DNA of 64,000 nucleotides from an uncultured Planctomycetota bacterium (GTDB lineage Bacteria; Planctomycetota; Planctomycetia; Gemmatales; Gemmataceae): NCBI GenBank assembly GCA_963849325.1, contig CAWKHF010000009.1, positions 352,001 to 416,000 of the forward strand, read 5' to 3'. Shown piece by piece: positions 54,272 to 64,000 of this stretch (position 1 is its first letter; each line of letters starts with the position of its first letter). The notes under the pieces were generated by a model. It saw only the letters and a program-made list of their open reading frames with translations, ran no database searches and was not told where the DNA came from. The position numbers and the translations under genes were made by a program.

Positions 54272-56616
54272 ATGTCCGCTCTCCTTGTCTTCGCCAACGG
54301 CGGAGTCGCCGCGCCCTGGGAGTTATCTCTTCCAGGGCAAATCCTCGTGGGGTTCCTCGTCGTCGTGGGCATCCTGCTGCTGATCGCCTGGCTGACGGTG
54401 CGTTACATCCCGAACCAGCAGGCGGCCGTCGTCGAAAAGCTCTGGTCCAATCGCGGTTCGGTGCCGGAAGGCAGCATCCTCGCCCTGGACGGCGAGGCCG
54501 GCTTCCAGGCCGATCTGCTGCGCGGCGGCCTACATTTCGGACTTTGGAGATGGCAATATCGCCTCCACAAAATACCGCTCGTCACCATCCCCCAGGGCAA
54601 GATCGGTTACGTTTATGCCCGCGACGGCGAATCGCTGCCGCCCAGCCAGACGCTCGGCCGCGTCGTGACGTGCAACAATTTCCAGGACGCGCGGACCTTC
54701 CTCGGCCAAGCGCCGGAGGCGGGGGCCGAGAACGCGCGCGGCCAACGCGGCCGGCAGCGAGCCATCCTGCGCGAGGGCGTGTACGCCATCAATCCGGCCC
54801 TGTTCGTGGTCATCACCGAGGACGCCGTCTATCGACTGAGCATGGGAGGCGGAGCACGCGAGTTACAGGTACTGCTGAGTTGGCAGCAGCAGTTGCGCCG
54901 CATCGACGGCTTTAGCCCGGTCGTGGTTGGCGCCTCGATGCGGGTGCGCGAAACGATGGCGGACGCCGAAGCCTTGGACGAGGCCGAGGAGGAGAGAGCG
55001 TCGCTCCGCGCGAAGCGCGGACGCATCGTCGGTGCGCCGATCCCCGAGTCCCCCGTGCCGCTGGATGTGGAAGCACAGCGCGACGTGGACACCATCGCCA
55101 TCGTCACCGTCCAGGACGGCCCATCGCTGCTGCCCGGCGAGATCATCGCCCCCGGCGTCGGCAACGACAACAACGACCCCAACTACCATAACAACTATCA
55201 GGATCCCGAGGCGTTCCTGCGGGCCGGCGGCCGTCGCGGCCGCCAGTACGTGCCGCTGACCGACGGCACCTACTTCCTCAATCGCTGGTTCACCACGGTC
55301 GAGGTCGTCCCGAAAACGGTCGTGCCGATTGGCTACGTCGGCGTGGTCGTCAGTTATTACGGCCGAGTCGGACGCGACCTGTCCGGCGAGGCCTTCCGCC
55401 ACGGCGAGCGCGTCGCCGAGGGCGAGCGCGGCGTGTGGGAACGGCCGCTCGGCCCCGGCAAGTACCCCTTCAACACCTACGCCGGCCAGATCATCATGGT
55501 GCCGACGACCAACTTCGTCCTGCACTGGATCACCGGCCAATCCGAGGCGCATCGCTACGATGAGAGCCTGCGCTCCATTGACCTCGTGACCAAGGATGCT
55601 TACGAGCCGCTGTTGCCGCTGTCGGTCGTCGTTCACATCGACTACCAAAAAGCGCCCGGCGTCATCCAGCGCTTCGGCGACGTCAAGAAGCTCATCACGC
55701 AGACTCTCGACCCGATGCTGAGCGCCTACTTCCGCGACGTGGCCCACAAGAAGACGATGCTGGAGTTGCTGCACCAGCGCGATGCCATCCAGGCGGAGTC
55801 GCGCGAAGAGCTGCGCCGCAAGTTCCGCGATTTCGACATCGAGTGCGTGGACGTGCTCATCGGCAAGCCGGACACGGCCGAGGCCGGCGGCAAGATCGAG
55901 ACGCTGCTGGAACAACTCCGCGTCCGCCAACTGTCGATCGAGCAGCTGGAGACCTATGACCGTCAACGTGCCTCCGCCGACAGGCTGCGGATGCTGAACG
56001 AGGCGCAGGCGCAGGCGGCCATGCAGACGCAGCTGACCAACTCGCGCGTGCAGATCCAGATCGCCGAGAGCCAGGGCGAGGCCGACCTGGCGCGGCGCGC
56101 AAGCAGGCGGAGCAGACGGTCGTGAACGCCGACGCCGAGCTAGCCCGCGCCCGCCGCCAGGCCGAGCAGACGGTCGTGACCGCCGAGGCCGACGGCCGGC
56201 AGCGCGTCCTGGCCGGCCGCGGCGAGGCCCAGCGCGTCATGCAAGTCGGTCTATCCGAGGCATCCGTGCTCCTGCGCAAGATCGCCTCGTTCGGCGATCC
56301 ACGTCTGTACGCCCTGTCGATCATCACGGAGCAGCTGACACACAGTAGTCAGCCGCTGGTGCCCGAGCGCGTGTTCATGGCCGGCGCCAACGGCGACAGC
56401 AGCGGCAGTTCGTCCGGCGCCTCCGGCATGTTGGGGCTGCTGCTCAATCTGCTGGTCGCCGAAAAATCCGGCTTCCAGCCAGTGGACGTGGGCGAGATGA
56501 GCGGTTTGAAGGAGATCAGCGAGCGTCTGACGCGCGACGCCCTGGAGTCGCTGCGCCAGGCATCGCTGGCGCCGCCGCCGGAATCGAAGCCCGCCGCCAA
56601 CGGCCCGACGAAGTAG
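54272..56616 (+). CDS. SPFH/band-7 (flotillin-like) membrane protein; frameshift near 56095
   Basis: N-terminal TM, GEAGFQADLLRGG, GQRGRQ, PGKYPFN, TLDPMLSAYFRD, C-terminal AEA/AE coiled-coil repeats. Confidence 0.85.
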
Positions 56617-56628
56617 CGAGAGTGTCAG

Positions 56629-56668
56629 AGGGCCGCTGGCGGCACAGCGCGAAGCCGCCAGCGGCCCT
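56629..56668. repeat. REP-like hairpin, family D
   Basis: Perfect 15-bp arms agggccgctggcggc / gccgccagcggccct. Confidence 0.8.
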
Positions 56669-56691
56669 TCGCCTCTACGGAGAACCAACCG

Positions 56692-57408
56692 ATGTCTCCC
56701 CTCGCCGAGGGCATGCCGGACGTGATGCAGGTCTGCCGCAACGGCCACGTCATCACGGACCTGTTGCACAGCTACCCCGAGCGCGGCCTGTCGCACTGCG
56801 ACCGCTGCGGGGCCGATACCATCGAGCACTGCCTGACCTGCGGCCAGGAGCTGCCGGGCGCCATCGCCGTCCCCGGCCTGCAACCTGTCGGCGCACGGCA
56901 GCCGCCGCGCTACTGCTCGACATGCGGGGCCGCCTTCCCCTGGACCGAGCGCCCCCGTCCGCCGGCGACGACACCGCTCGCGGTCCTCGAACACCTGCTG
57001 CGCCGTCTGCCGCGCACCATCCGCGAATTGCGGACACGCCAGGGCGAGCGTCCGCCCTTCCGCGTTGAGGACGAGAGAGACCTGGAAGACCTGATGCGGG
57101 CGCTGCTGCCGCTCCACTTCGACGATGTCCGACCGGAACGTCGCACGCCGCGCTACGCCGCCGGCACGCGCACGGATTTCTTGCTGGCGCCGGAAGGTAT
57201 CGCCCTCACCCTCAAACTCGCCGTGCCGAACATCACCGAGCAACTTCCTGAGGATGCGGCATATTACCGGCGCGAGCGGAAGTATCGCATTCTCGTGGTG
57301 TTCGTCCACGATCCGGAAGCCTTGCTCCGCGAGTTGTGCCTGCCGCAAACGATCGGCGCGGAATGCGGGGAAGGCCCGGAAGTGCGGTGCGTGGTCGGCT
57401 CCAGGTAA
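56692..57408 (+). CDS. DUF2321-like Zn-ribbon fused to a REase_DpnII-MboI-like domain
   Basis: QVCRNGHVIT, CDRC, CLTC, YCSTCGAAFPWT; then EDERDLEDLMRALLPLHFDDVRPE..TPRYA...RTDFLL...TLK...QL..D..YY...FVHDP. Confidence 0.7.
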   Translation: MSPLAEGMPDVMQVCRNGHVITDLLHSYPERGLSHCDRCGADTIEHCLTCGQELPGAIAVPGLQPVGARQPPRYCSTCGAAFPWTERPRPPATTPLAVLEHLLRRLPRTIRELRTRQGERPPFRVEDERDLEDLMRALLPLHFDDVRPERRTPRYAAGTRTDFLLAPEGIALTLKLAVPNITEQLPEDAAYYRRERKYRILVVFVHDPEALLRELCLPQTIGAECGEGPEVRCVVGSR

Positions 57409-57617
57409 ATCGCTCGTTTCGCTCGTCCACTGGCTCAGGGGACAAACGATCCGTTGCCCGGTCGAATCGTACTTCCCTCCGTTCCCTACTGCTGGACGGG
57501 CGTGCAACGAGACGGTTCGGGTTTTGGGGCTGTGAAGGACGAGCCAGAGTGCTACAATTGCTCCGCTGCCAACGTCGTCGGCACGGTTATTCTTCCTCGG
57601 TCAACGAAGCCGACAAC

Positions 57618-59876
57618 ATGGGTATCAACATCCTGCTCGTGGACGATCAGGAGCGCAATCTGCTGGCCCTGGAAGCGGCCCTCGAACCGCTGGGTCAGAA
57701 CCTGGTCAAGTCCCACTCCGGCGAAGAGGCGCTGCGTCTGCTGCTCCAGGACGACTTCGCGGTGGTCCTGCTCGACGTGCGCCTGGGCGACATGGACGGC
57801 TTCGAGGTCGCTCGGGCCATTCGCGCCGCGGAGAGGTCCAAGCACACCCCCATCATTTTCATCACGGCCTACGACAGCGACGACCTGGCGCCGGCGCGAG
57901 CCTACACGCTGGGCGCGGTGGATTACCTCGTCAAACCGTTGGTGCCGGAAATCCTTCGCGCCAAGGTGGCCGTCTTCATCGACCTCTTTCAGAACGTCCG
58001 CCTGCGCCAGAGCGAGCGACGGCTGCGTGCCCTTTTGGAGAACGCCTGGGACGGCATCTCCTTGGTGGGCGCCGATGGCAGCATCCTCGACAACATCCCC
58101 GACAATCTGCACCGCCTCGGCTACAGCTCCGAGGAGTTCGTCGGCCACAACGGCTTCGAGTTCGTCCACCCCGACGACCTCCCGGCCGTGGGGGGTGCGC
58201 TGGCCCAAGTTCTGCAAACAGCCGGCGCCAAGGCAACGATGCAGTATCGCCTGCGCCGCAAGGACGGCTCCTGGTGCTGGGTCGAGGGCACCGGCACCAA
58301 TCTCTTGCACGACCCGGACGTGCGGGCCATTGTCGTCAACTACCGCGACATCAGCGGGCAGAAGGAGGCGGAACGGGCCGGGGCGGAATTGGCAGCCATC
58401 GTCGAGTCGTCGGAAGACGCCATCATCGGCAAGGATCTGCACGGCGTCATCACCAGCTGGAACAAGGGAGCGGAAAGTCTCTACGGCTACACCGCCGCGG
58501 AAGTGCTGGGCAAGCCGGTCTCGCTCCTCGCCCCGCCGGAGCAGCCGGACGAGCTACCGGGCCTGCTGGAGCGACTCCAGCGCGGCGAGCGCATCCAGCC
58601 TTACCAAACGGTGCGCGTGCGCAAGGACGGCACGCGGATGGACGTATCGCTGAGTGTCTCTCCCATCCGGGACAGTCAGGGCCAGATCATCGGGGCCGCC
58701 AAGATCGCCCGCGACATCGGGCCGCAGAAGCGACTGGAGGAAGAGCTGCGCCGCGCGCGGAGGCGTTGGCGGAAGCGGATCGGCAGAAGGACCAGTTCCT
58801 GGCGATGCTCGCTCATGAGCTGCGCAACCCGCTGGCCCCTCTCGTCAGCGGCTTGCACGTCCTTCGCCAGTCACAGACGCCGCCCCAGACGCGGCAGCAG
58901 ACGCGCGACATGATGGAACGGCAATTGCGCCACCTGGCCCGGCTGATCGATGATCTGCTCGACGTGTCCCGCATCCTGCGCGGCAAGGTCCAGCTGCGTC
59001 CGGAGCGGCTGGACCTGGGACAACTGGCCCGTCGGGCGGCCGAGGACCAGCGTGCGGTCCTCCAGCGGGCGGGGCTGTCCCTTCGGCTCGACATCCCGCC
59101 ATCGCCCGTCTGGGTGCTGGGAGATGCGACCCGCTTGATCCAGTTGCTCAACAACCTGCTCGACAACGCGGCCAAGTTCGCCGCGGAGGGACGCCACGTC
59201 ACCGTCCGGGTGCGCATAGATGAAGGGCGACAGCAGGCGGTCCTGTCGGTCCAGGATGAGGGCATCGGCATTGAGACGGAGATGCTGCCGCACCTGTTCA
59301 ACGTCTTCGCCCAGGCCGACCGCAGCCTGGACCGTTCGCGCGGGGGCCTCGGCCTGGGCCTACCGCTGGTGAAAGGGCTGGCGGAGTTGCACGGCGGCAG
59401 CGCGGAGGCGTTCAGCGCGGGACCAGGGCATGGCGCCGAGTTCACCATCCGCCTGCCGAGGGGACCGGAGCCGGCGGCGTTATTGCAAAGTACCGCCGCA
59501 CCGCAGCCGTCCGGGAAACACCAACGCATTCTCGTCGTCGAAGACAACCAGGACGCGGCGAACAGCCTGTCCCTCTTGCTGGAACTGCTGGGCCACGAGG
59601 TCCGCGTCGCCTATTCGGGACCGGAGGGCGTGACGTTGGCCCAGGAGTGGCGGCCGGACATCGTGCTGTGCGACATTGGTTTGCCCGGCCTGGATGGCTA
59701 CGGCGTGGCGCGGCAACTTCGCCTCAACCCGACGACGGCGCGCGTGCGCCTGTCTGGCGCTGACGGGTTACGGCGCGGACGAAGACAAGCGTCGTTCCCG
59801 CGAGGCGGGCTTCGATTACCATCTGGTCAAACCCGCTGACCCAGAGGAATTGCAACGGCTGCTGGCCTCGGGATGA
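57618..59876 (+). CDS. Hybrid kinase REC-PAS-PAS-HisKA-HATPase-REC; frameshifted
   Basis: ILLVDD...LLDV, PAS motifs, [25 protein letters not shown]-terminal receiver ending GFDYHLVKP. Confidence 0.92.
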
Positions 59877-59903
59877 GAGAGCACACGTCACCTTTACGAA
59901 GGA

Positions 59904-59994
59904 CCACTAACTCAATGGCGAACGGCCGGCGTAAGTCGGCTGGTGGGAGCCCCACCAGCCGACTTACGCCGGCCGTTCGCCATTGAGTTAGTGG
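59904..59994. repeat. Perfect 44-bp-arm hairpin containing a family B REP
   Basis: 44 + 3 + 44 perfect inverted repeat between convergent genes. Confidence 0.95.
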
Positions 59995-59997
59995 CTC

Positions 59998-60921
59998 TCA
60001 GTAGTTGCTGGGATTGATGTCGCCGGCGTTGTGGGTCATGAGGGCTTTGATATAGCCATTGCCCGTGGGACTGCCGCCGTTGACGCTGCCATCGAACGTC
60101 ACCATGCGGACGCTGCCATCGTACATGCAGATGGGAAAACCGCCGGAATAGGGACCGCCCCACATGGCTCCGCCGTCATAGTCCCCACTGCCCCCGCCGT
60201 TGGCAAGCGCGTTGAGCGCGGAATCCTGGAAACTATAAATGCCGTCGCGCATACAGCTGCCGACCAAGTAAGTGGGGTCGTTCCACCACCCCGAGGTGGC
60301 GTTGTATTGGTTGGCAGCGAGAGCTCCCATGCCGGCGAAGAGCGTGTTGGAGGTGCCGTCCGTGATGCCCACCAAGGTCAACGCGGTCGGCGTGGAGGGC
60401 CATGTGGTGCTGTCAAAACCGGTGCTGACGCTGCCGCCATTGAACGGGTAGATGTTGAGGGCATAGTCGCAGTGCGAGATACCGCTGCTATCGACGAGGG
60501 GACGCCCGCGGCCGGGATCCATGTAGGTTTTTACTCCCGGAGTTTTTTGTGCCGTAGTACCGCCGATCCAATACGCCGCTGTCGCCCACAGGTTCTGCTG
60601 CTCGATGAACGGCAGGATCTGGTAGGTCCACGGTCCCTGCTGCGCCGTGCCCACGAGTTGAGACTTCGGCCAGTTCAAATGGCCAAATCCGGCGCTGGGC
60701 AGGAGATTGTAGGTGTCGTGGTGGTTCTGCATGCCCAAGCCCAGCTGCTTGAGGTTGTTGATGCTTTGGCTGCGGGCGGCAGCTTCACGCACCTTCTGCA
60801 CCGCCGGCAGCAGCAGACCGATGAGAATGGCAATGATGGCAATCACCACCAACAGCTCAATCAGCGTGAAGGCGGGCTTACCCCTTCCGGACCACTTGTC
60901 TACTTCAGGAGGTCTTATCAC
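59998..60921 (-). CDS. DUF1559 protein with prepilin-type N-terminal motif
   Basis: [61 protein letters not shown]. Confidence 0.92.
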   Translation of the reverse strand: MIRPPEVDKWSGRGKPAFTLIELLVVIAIIAILIGLLLPAVQKVREAAARSQSINNLKQLGLGMQNHHDTYNLLPSAGFGHLNWPKSQLVGTAQQGPWTYQILPFIEQQNLWATAAYWIGGTTAQKTPGVKTYMDPGRGRPLVDSSGISHCDYALNIYPFNGGSVSTGFDSTTWPSTPTALTLVGITDGTSNTLFAGMGALAANQYNATSGWWNDPTYLVGSCMRDGIYSFQDSALNALANGGGSGDYDGGAMWGGPYSGGFPICMYDGSVRMVTFDGSVNGGSPTGNGYIKALMTHNAGDINPSNY

Positions 60922-61050
60922 GAGTAATTCTCCACCGGGAAAAACACCAACCCTTGTTGGAAGATAAGAAAACCCCGTAAAGGTTAATTCGTAGCGGAAA
61001 TTAAGGAGCAGTCAATAGAAACCAAGAAATTCTCGAAAACGAAAACGGCA

Positions 61051-61073
61051 GTCGCTTGCGCTCCGGGCTAAAC
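61051..61073 (-). repeat. Single family C REP arm containing the methyltransferase stop
   Basis: Reverse strand reads GTTTAGCCCGGAGCGCAAGCGAC. Confidence 0.7.
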
Positions 61074-61831
61074 TTCCTTTCGCATCGTGAGCACCACGTA
61101 ACGGCACCAACGCGACAGCGCCGGCGCCAATCGCAGCAATGTCGCATCGCACCAGTCCAGCCCGACCACGACCCGACTCGGCCGCAGCACGCGGCGGACC
61201 ATCGACAGCAGCTGATGGCCGTCGATTTCCAGCGACGGGAACACCTCGCGCAGCACGCCCAGATGACGCCGGCGCAACGGCTGTTCGTCCGCCGTGCGTT
61301 CCTTGCCGGGATAGGGCAGGCGCCGCCGCGCCCAGTTGAGCAAGGGGTTCTCACCCCACGGCTCACAGAAGACGGCGATTCCGCCCGGTCGCAGCACGCG
61401 CCGCAGTTCGCCGGCCGCGATCCGCACATCGAGATGATGCAGGATCGCGTTGCCCCAAACGCGGGCGAAGCTGCCGTCCGCGAAGGGCAGACGCTCGGCA
61501 TCGGCATGGACGAACTCGACCGCCACGTCGTTGACGAACGCTCGCCGCCGCGCCTCGGCCAGGTAGCCCGGCGACAGGTCGAACGCCGTCACCCGCGCTC
61601 GCGCCGCGCCAACACAACGGAGGCCATGCCGTGACCGCAGCCGTAGTCCAGCACGGGTAGACCGTCCACCGCACCGAGACGCTCGATCGCGGGACGAACC
61701 CACGTTTCATGATCGAGATAGTCGCCGTCCGCAAAGCGCAGGGTGTCGGCATGGGGAAAGGAGGGGGCGCGTTCCGCAGCCTGGCGATCGTGGAAGGCTT
61801 GCTCGGCGAGGAGACGATCCGTCGTGGACAT
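61068..61831 (-). CDS. Class I SAM-dependent methyltransferase; frameshift near 61600
   Basis: VLDYGCGHG, FDLS, ADAERLPF, LHHL, RVLRPGG. Confidence 0.88.
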
Positions 61832-61872
61832 GAGAGCAATCCGTTTGGCACACCGTTCGCCGGAGGGCCGAC

Positions 61873-62187
61873 TCAAAACTCCAGCGCGTCGGGCCAGGCG
61901 ACCGGCACGACGAAGATTTTGCCGTCACCGATACGGCCGGTACGGGCGGCGCGGACGATGTGGTCGGCCGCTTCTTCCGCCCGGTCATCGCGGACGCAGA
62001 CGCTGATCTCGATCTTGGGCAGAAACGCCATGCTGTACTCGCTGCCGAGGTAGCGGTCGAGGTAGCCCTTCTGTCGGCTGTAGCCCTTGGCCTCGCGGAC
62101 CACGACCGAGGCAACGTCCAACTCGGCGATGGCCCGCAGCACCGCCTCGGCCCGGAACGGCTTGACGACGATGGTGAGCTGGTTCAT
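61873..62187 (-). CDS. P-II family protein (GlnB/GlnK-like, C-terminally truncated)
   Basis: [35 protein letters not shown]; 104 aa. Confidence 0.9.
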   Translation of the reverse strand: MNQLTIVVKPFRAEAVLRAIAELDVASVVVREAKGYSRQKGYLDRYLGSEYSMAFLPKIEISVCVRDDRAEEAADHIVRAARTGRIGDGKIFVVPVAWPDALEF

Positions 62188-62340
62188 GTCACGTCCTCGC
62201 GCAGCGGTAAGCCGTTTGACCGTCGGCGAACGAACTCCTCTCCTGCCTTTCATGGTACGAACCGGCCGTTGTTTCCGCGAGCGCAAAGACCTACACTGAA
62301 CACTTTCGCCCAGCCGCGTTCGCAGGAACCGAGGTCAGTT

Positions 62341-63821
62341 ATGACGGACCTTCCCTATCGCATCGTCATCGGCCTGGAAGTCCACGTCCAGCTGCTCACC
62401 CGGACGAAGCTGTTCTGCGGATGCAGTACGCAATTCGGCCTGCCGCCCAACTCGGCCACCTGTCCGGTGTGCATCGGCATGCCGGGCGTGCTGCCGGTCA
62501 TGAACCGCCGCGCCTTCGACCTCGCCCTTCGCGCCGCCCTGGCCCTCAACTGCCGGATCGCCCCGTTCACCAAGTGGGACCGCAAGAACTATTACTATCC
62601 CGACCTGCCGAAGAACTACCAGATCAGCCAGTACGATTTGCCCTTCAGCCACGACGGTTGGCTGGAGATCAACCGCGGCATCCGGGAGTAAGCGTATCGG
62701 CATCATCCGCGTCCATCTGGAAGAGGACGCCGGCAAGATGCTGCACGACGAGCACGGCACCGGCAAGGACAGCCTCGTGGATCTCAACCGCACCGGCACG
62801 CCGCTGCTGGAGATCGTCAGCCAGCCGGACTTGTCGTCGCCGGAGGAGGCCAAGGCCTATCTCGAAGAGGTCCGCCTGCTGCTGCGCGAGATCGGCGTAT
62901 CCGACTGCGAGATGCAGGAGGGCAGCCTGCGCTGCGACGCCAACGTCAACGTCCACATCCCACAAGCCGATGGCTCGGTCGCTCAAGACGCCGATCGTCG
63001 AGGTCAAGAACCTCAACAGCTTCCGCGCCGTCGAGCGGGCCATGAAGTACGAGGCCCAGCGGCAGTACGAAGAAGCGTTACGCGATGGCAATTATCGTCT
63101 GGGACAGGTGTCGAAGGCGACGGCCGGCTGGGACGAGGACCGCGGCGTGACCGTGGTGCAGCGCCGCAAGGAAGAGGCGTCGGATTATCGCTATTTCCCC
63201 GAGCCGGACCTGGTGCCGGTCGTGGTCGATGCGGCCTGGCTGGAGCGCGTGCGGGCCGAGATGGGCGAATTGCCGTCGGCGCAGCGCGTGCGGCTGGTCG
63301 AGCAATACGGGCTGTCGCCCTACGATGCCGGCGTGCTGATGCAACAGGGGCGGGCGCTGGTCGCCTACTTCGAGGAGGTGGCCCGCCGCAGCGGCGACGC
63401 CCGGGCGGCGTGCAACTGGGTCACCAATCAGGTGCTGGCCACGCTCAAGGAGCAGAAAGTCGAAATCGAGGATTTCTCCCTGACGGCCGAGCGCCTGGCG
63501 GAGCTGATCGCGGAGCAGAAGGCGATTGGCCTGAACAAGCAGATGGCCGGCGAGGTCTACAACCGCATGTTGGAGGGCGACTGCGGCGCCCGGCAAGCGA
63601 TGGACGAACTGGGGATCAAGCCGCCGGCCGACGCCGGCCAACTGGCCGAGATCGTCCGGCGAGCCATCGCCGCCAACGCCAAGGCGGTCGCCGATTTCAA
63701 GGCCGGCAAGACCAAGGCGGCCCAGGCGATCAAGGGCGCCGTCATGCGCGAGACCAAGGGGACGGCGCGGCCGGAGGTCGTGGAGCAGCTGATTCTGGAG
63801 GAAATCGGAAAGTCGGCGTGA
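62341..63821 (+). CDS. gatB: Asp/Glu-tRNA amidotransferase subunit B; frameshifted
   Basis: [70 protein letters not shown]. Confidence 0.96.
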
Positions 63822-63829
63822 ACACCGTT

Positions 63830-64000
63830 TCACGGTCGCAATTCCTCGAACGTCTTGTTCAGGATGGGATACTTCTGCCAGTCCTTGTAATCGAAGTGCC
63901 ACCACTCCGCCTCATACACCGTGAATCCTTCCTCCTGCATCGCTCGCCGCAAGAGGTCGCGGTGATAACGCTGCAACGACGTGCCGCCAAGGTAATCCGC
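63830..64000 (-). CDS. D-alanyl-D-alanine dipeptidase (M15, VanX/DdpX-like), 3' end only
   Basis: Manual translation ...[35 protein letters not shown]...; EWWHF motif. Confidence 0.85.
   Translation of the reverse strand, partial: ADYLGGTSLQRYHRDLLRRAMQEEGFTVYEAEWWHFDYKDWQKYPILNKTFEELRP

Noticed and set aside
61846-61860. Sigma-54-like TGGCAC-N5-TCGC site on the + strand
   Set aside because: The -12 element is imperfect and it points antisense into the P-II gene; a single match is plausible by chance.
63830-64000. Vancomycin resistance (vanX)
   Set aside because: Only a generic M15 dipeptidase C-terminus is visible; no vanH or vanA in the window.

Overview
GC-rich chromosomal window from a Planctomycetota bacterium, probably Gemmataceae. 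This is inferred from three DUF1559 genes, a DUF1571 gene, a secreted 'LEALEDR'-motif protein and an ECF-sigma/Ser-Thr-kinase pair. It carries housekeeping genes (fabH, rplU, kdsA, phhB-like, ppk1, glgC, tgt-yajC-secDF, maf, gatB), four histidine-kinase loci, two ECF sigma modules and several secreted proteins. Many genes, including essential ones, are split by apparent single-base indels, most likely sequencing/assembly errors. No rRNA, tRNA, CRISPR array, transposase or prophage was seen. Most notable: (1) a c-di-AMP (ydaO/yuaA-type) riboswitch at about 54036-54180, upstream of an SPFH/flotillin-like gene that is followed by a Zn-ribbon (DUF2321-like)/degenerate restriction-endonuclease-fold fusion; (2) a small non-SSB-like protein ending in the SSB C-terminal motif DDIPF; (3) REP-like palindrome families whose GTTTAG ends supply the Val-stop of four genes; (4) inverted arrays of 7-bp repeats sharing a GGA-N-T core; (5) a C-terminally truncated P-II protein coupled to a methyltransferase; (6) a HEPN gene missed by the ORF track. 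All family calls come from motif recognition by eye; no database searches were run.
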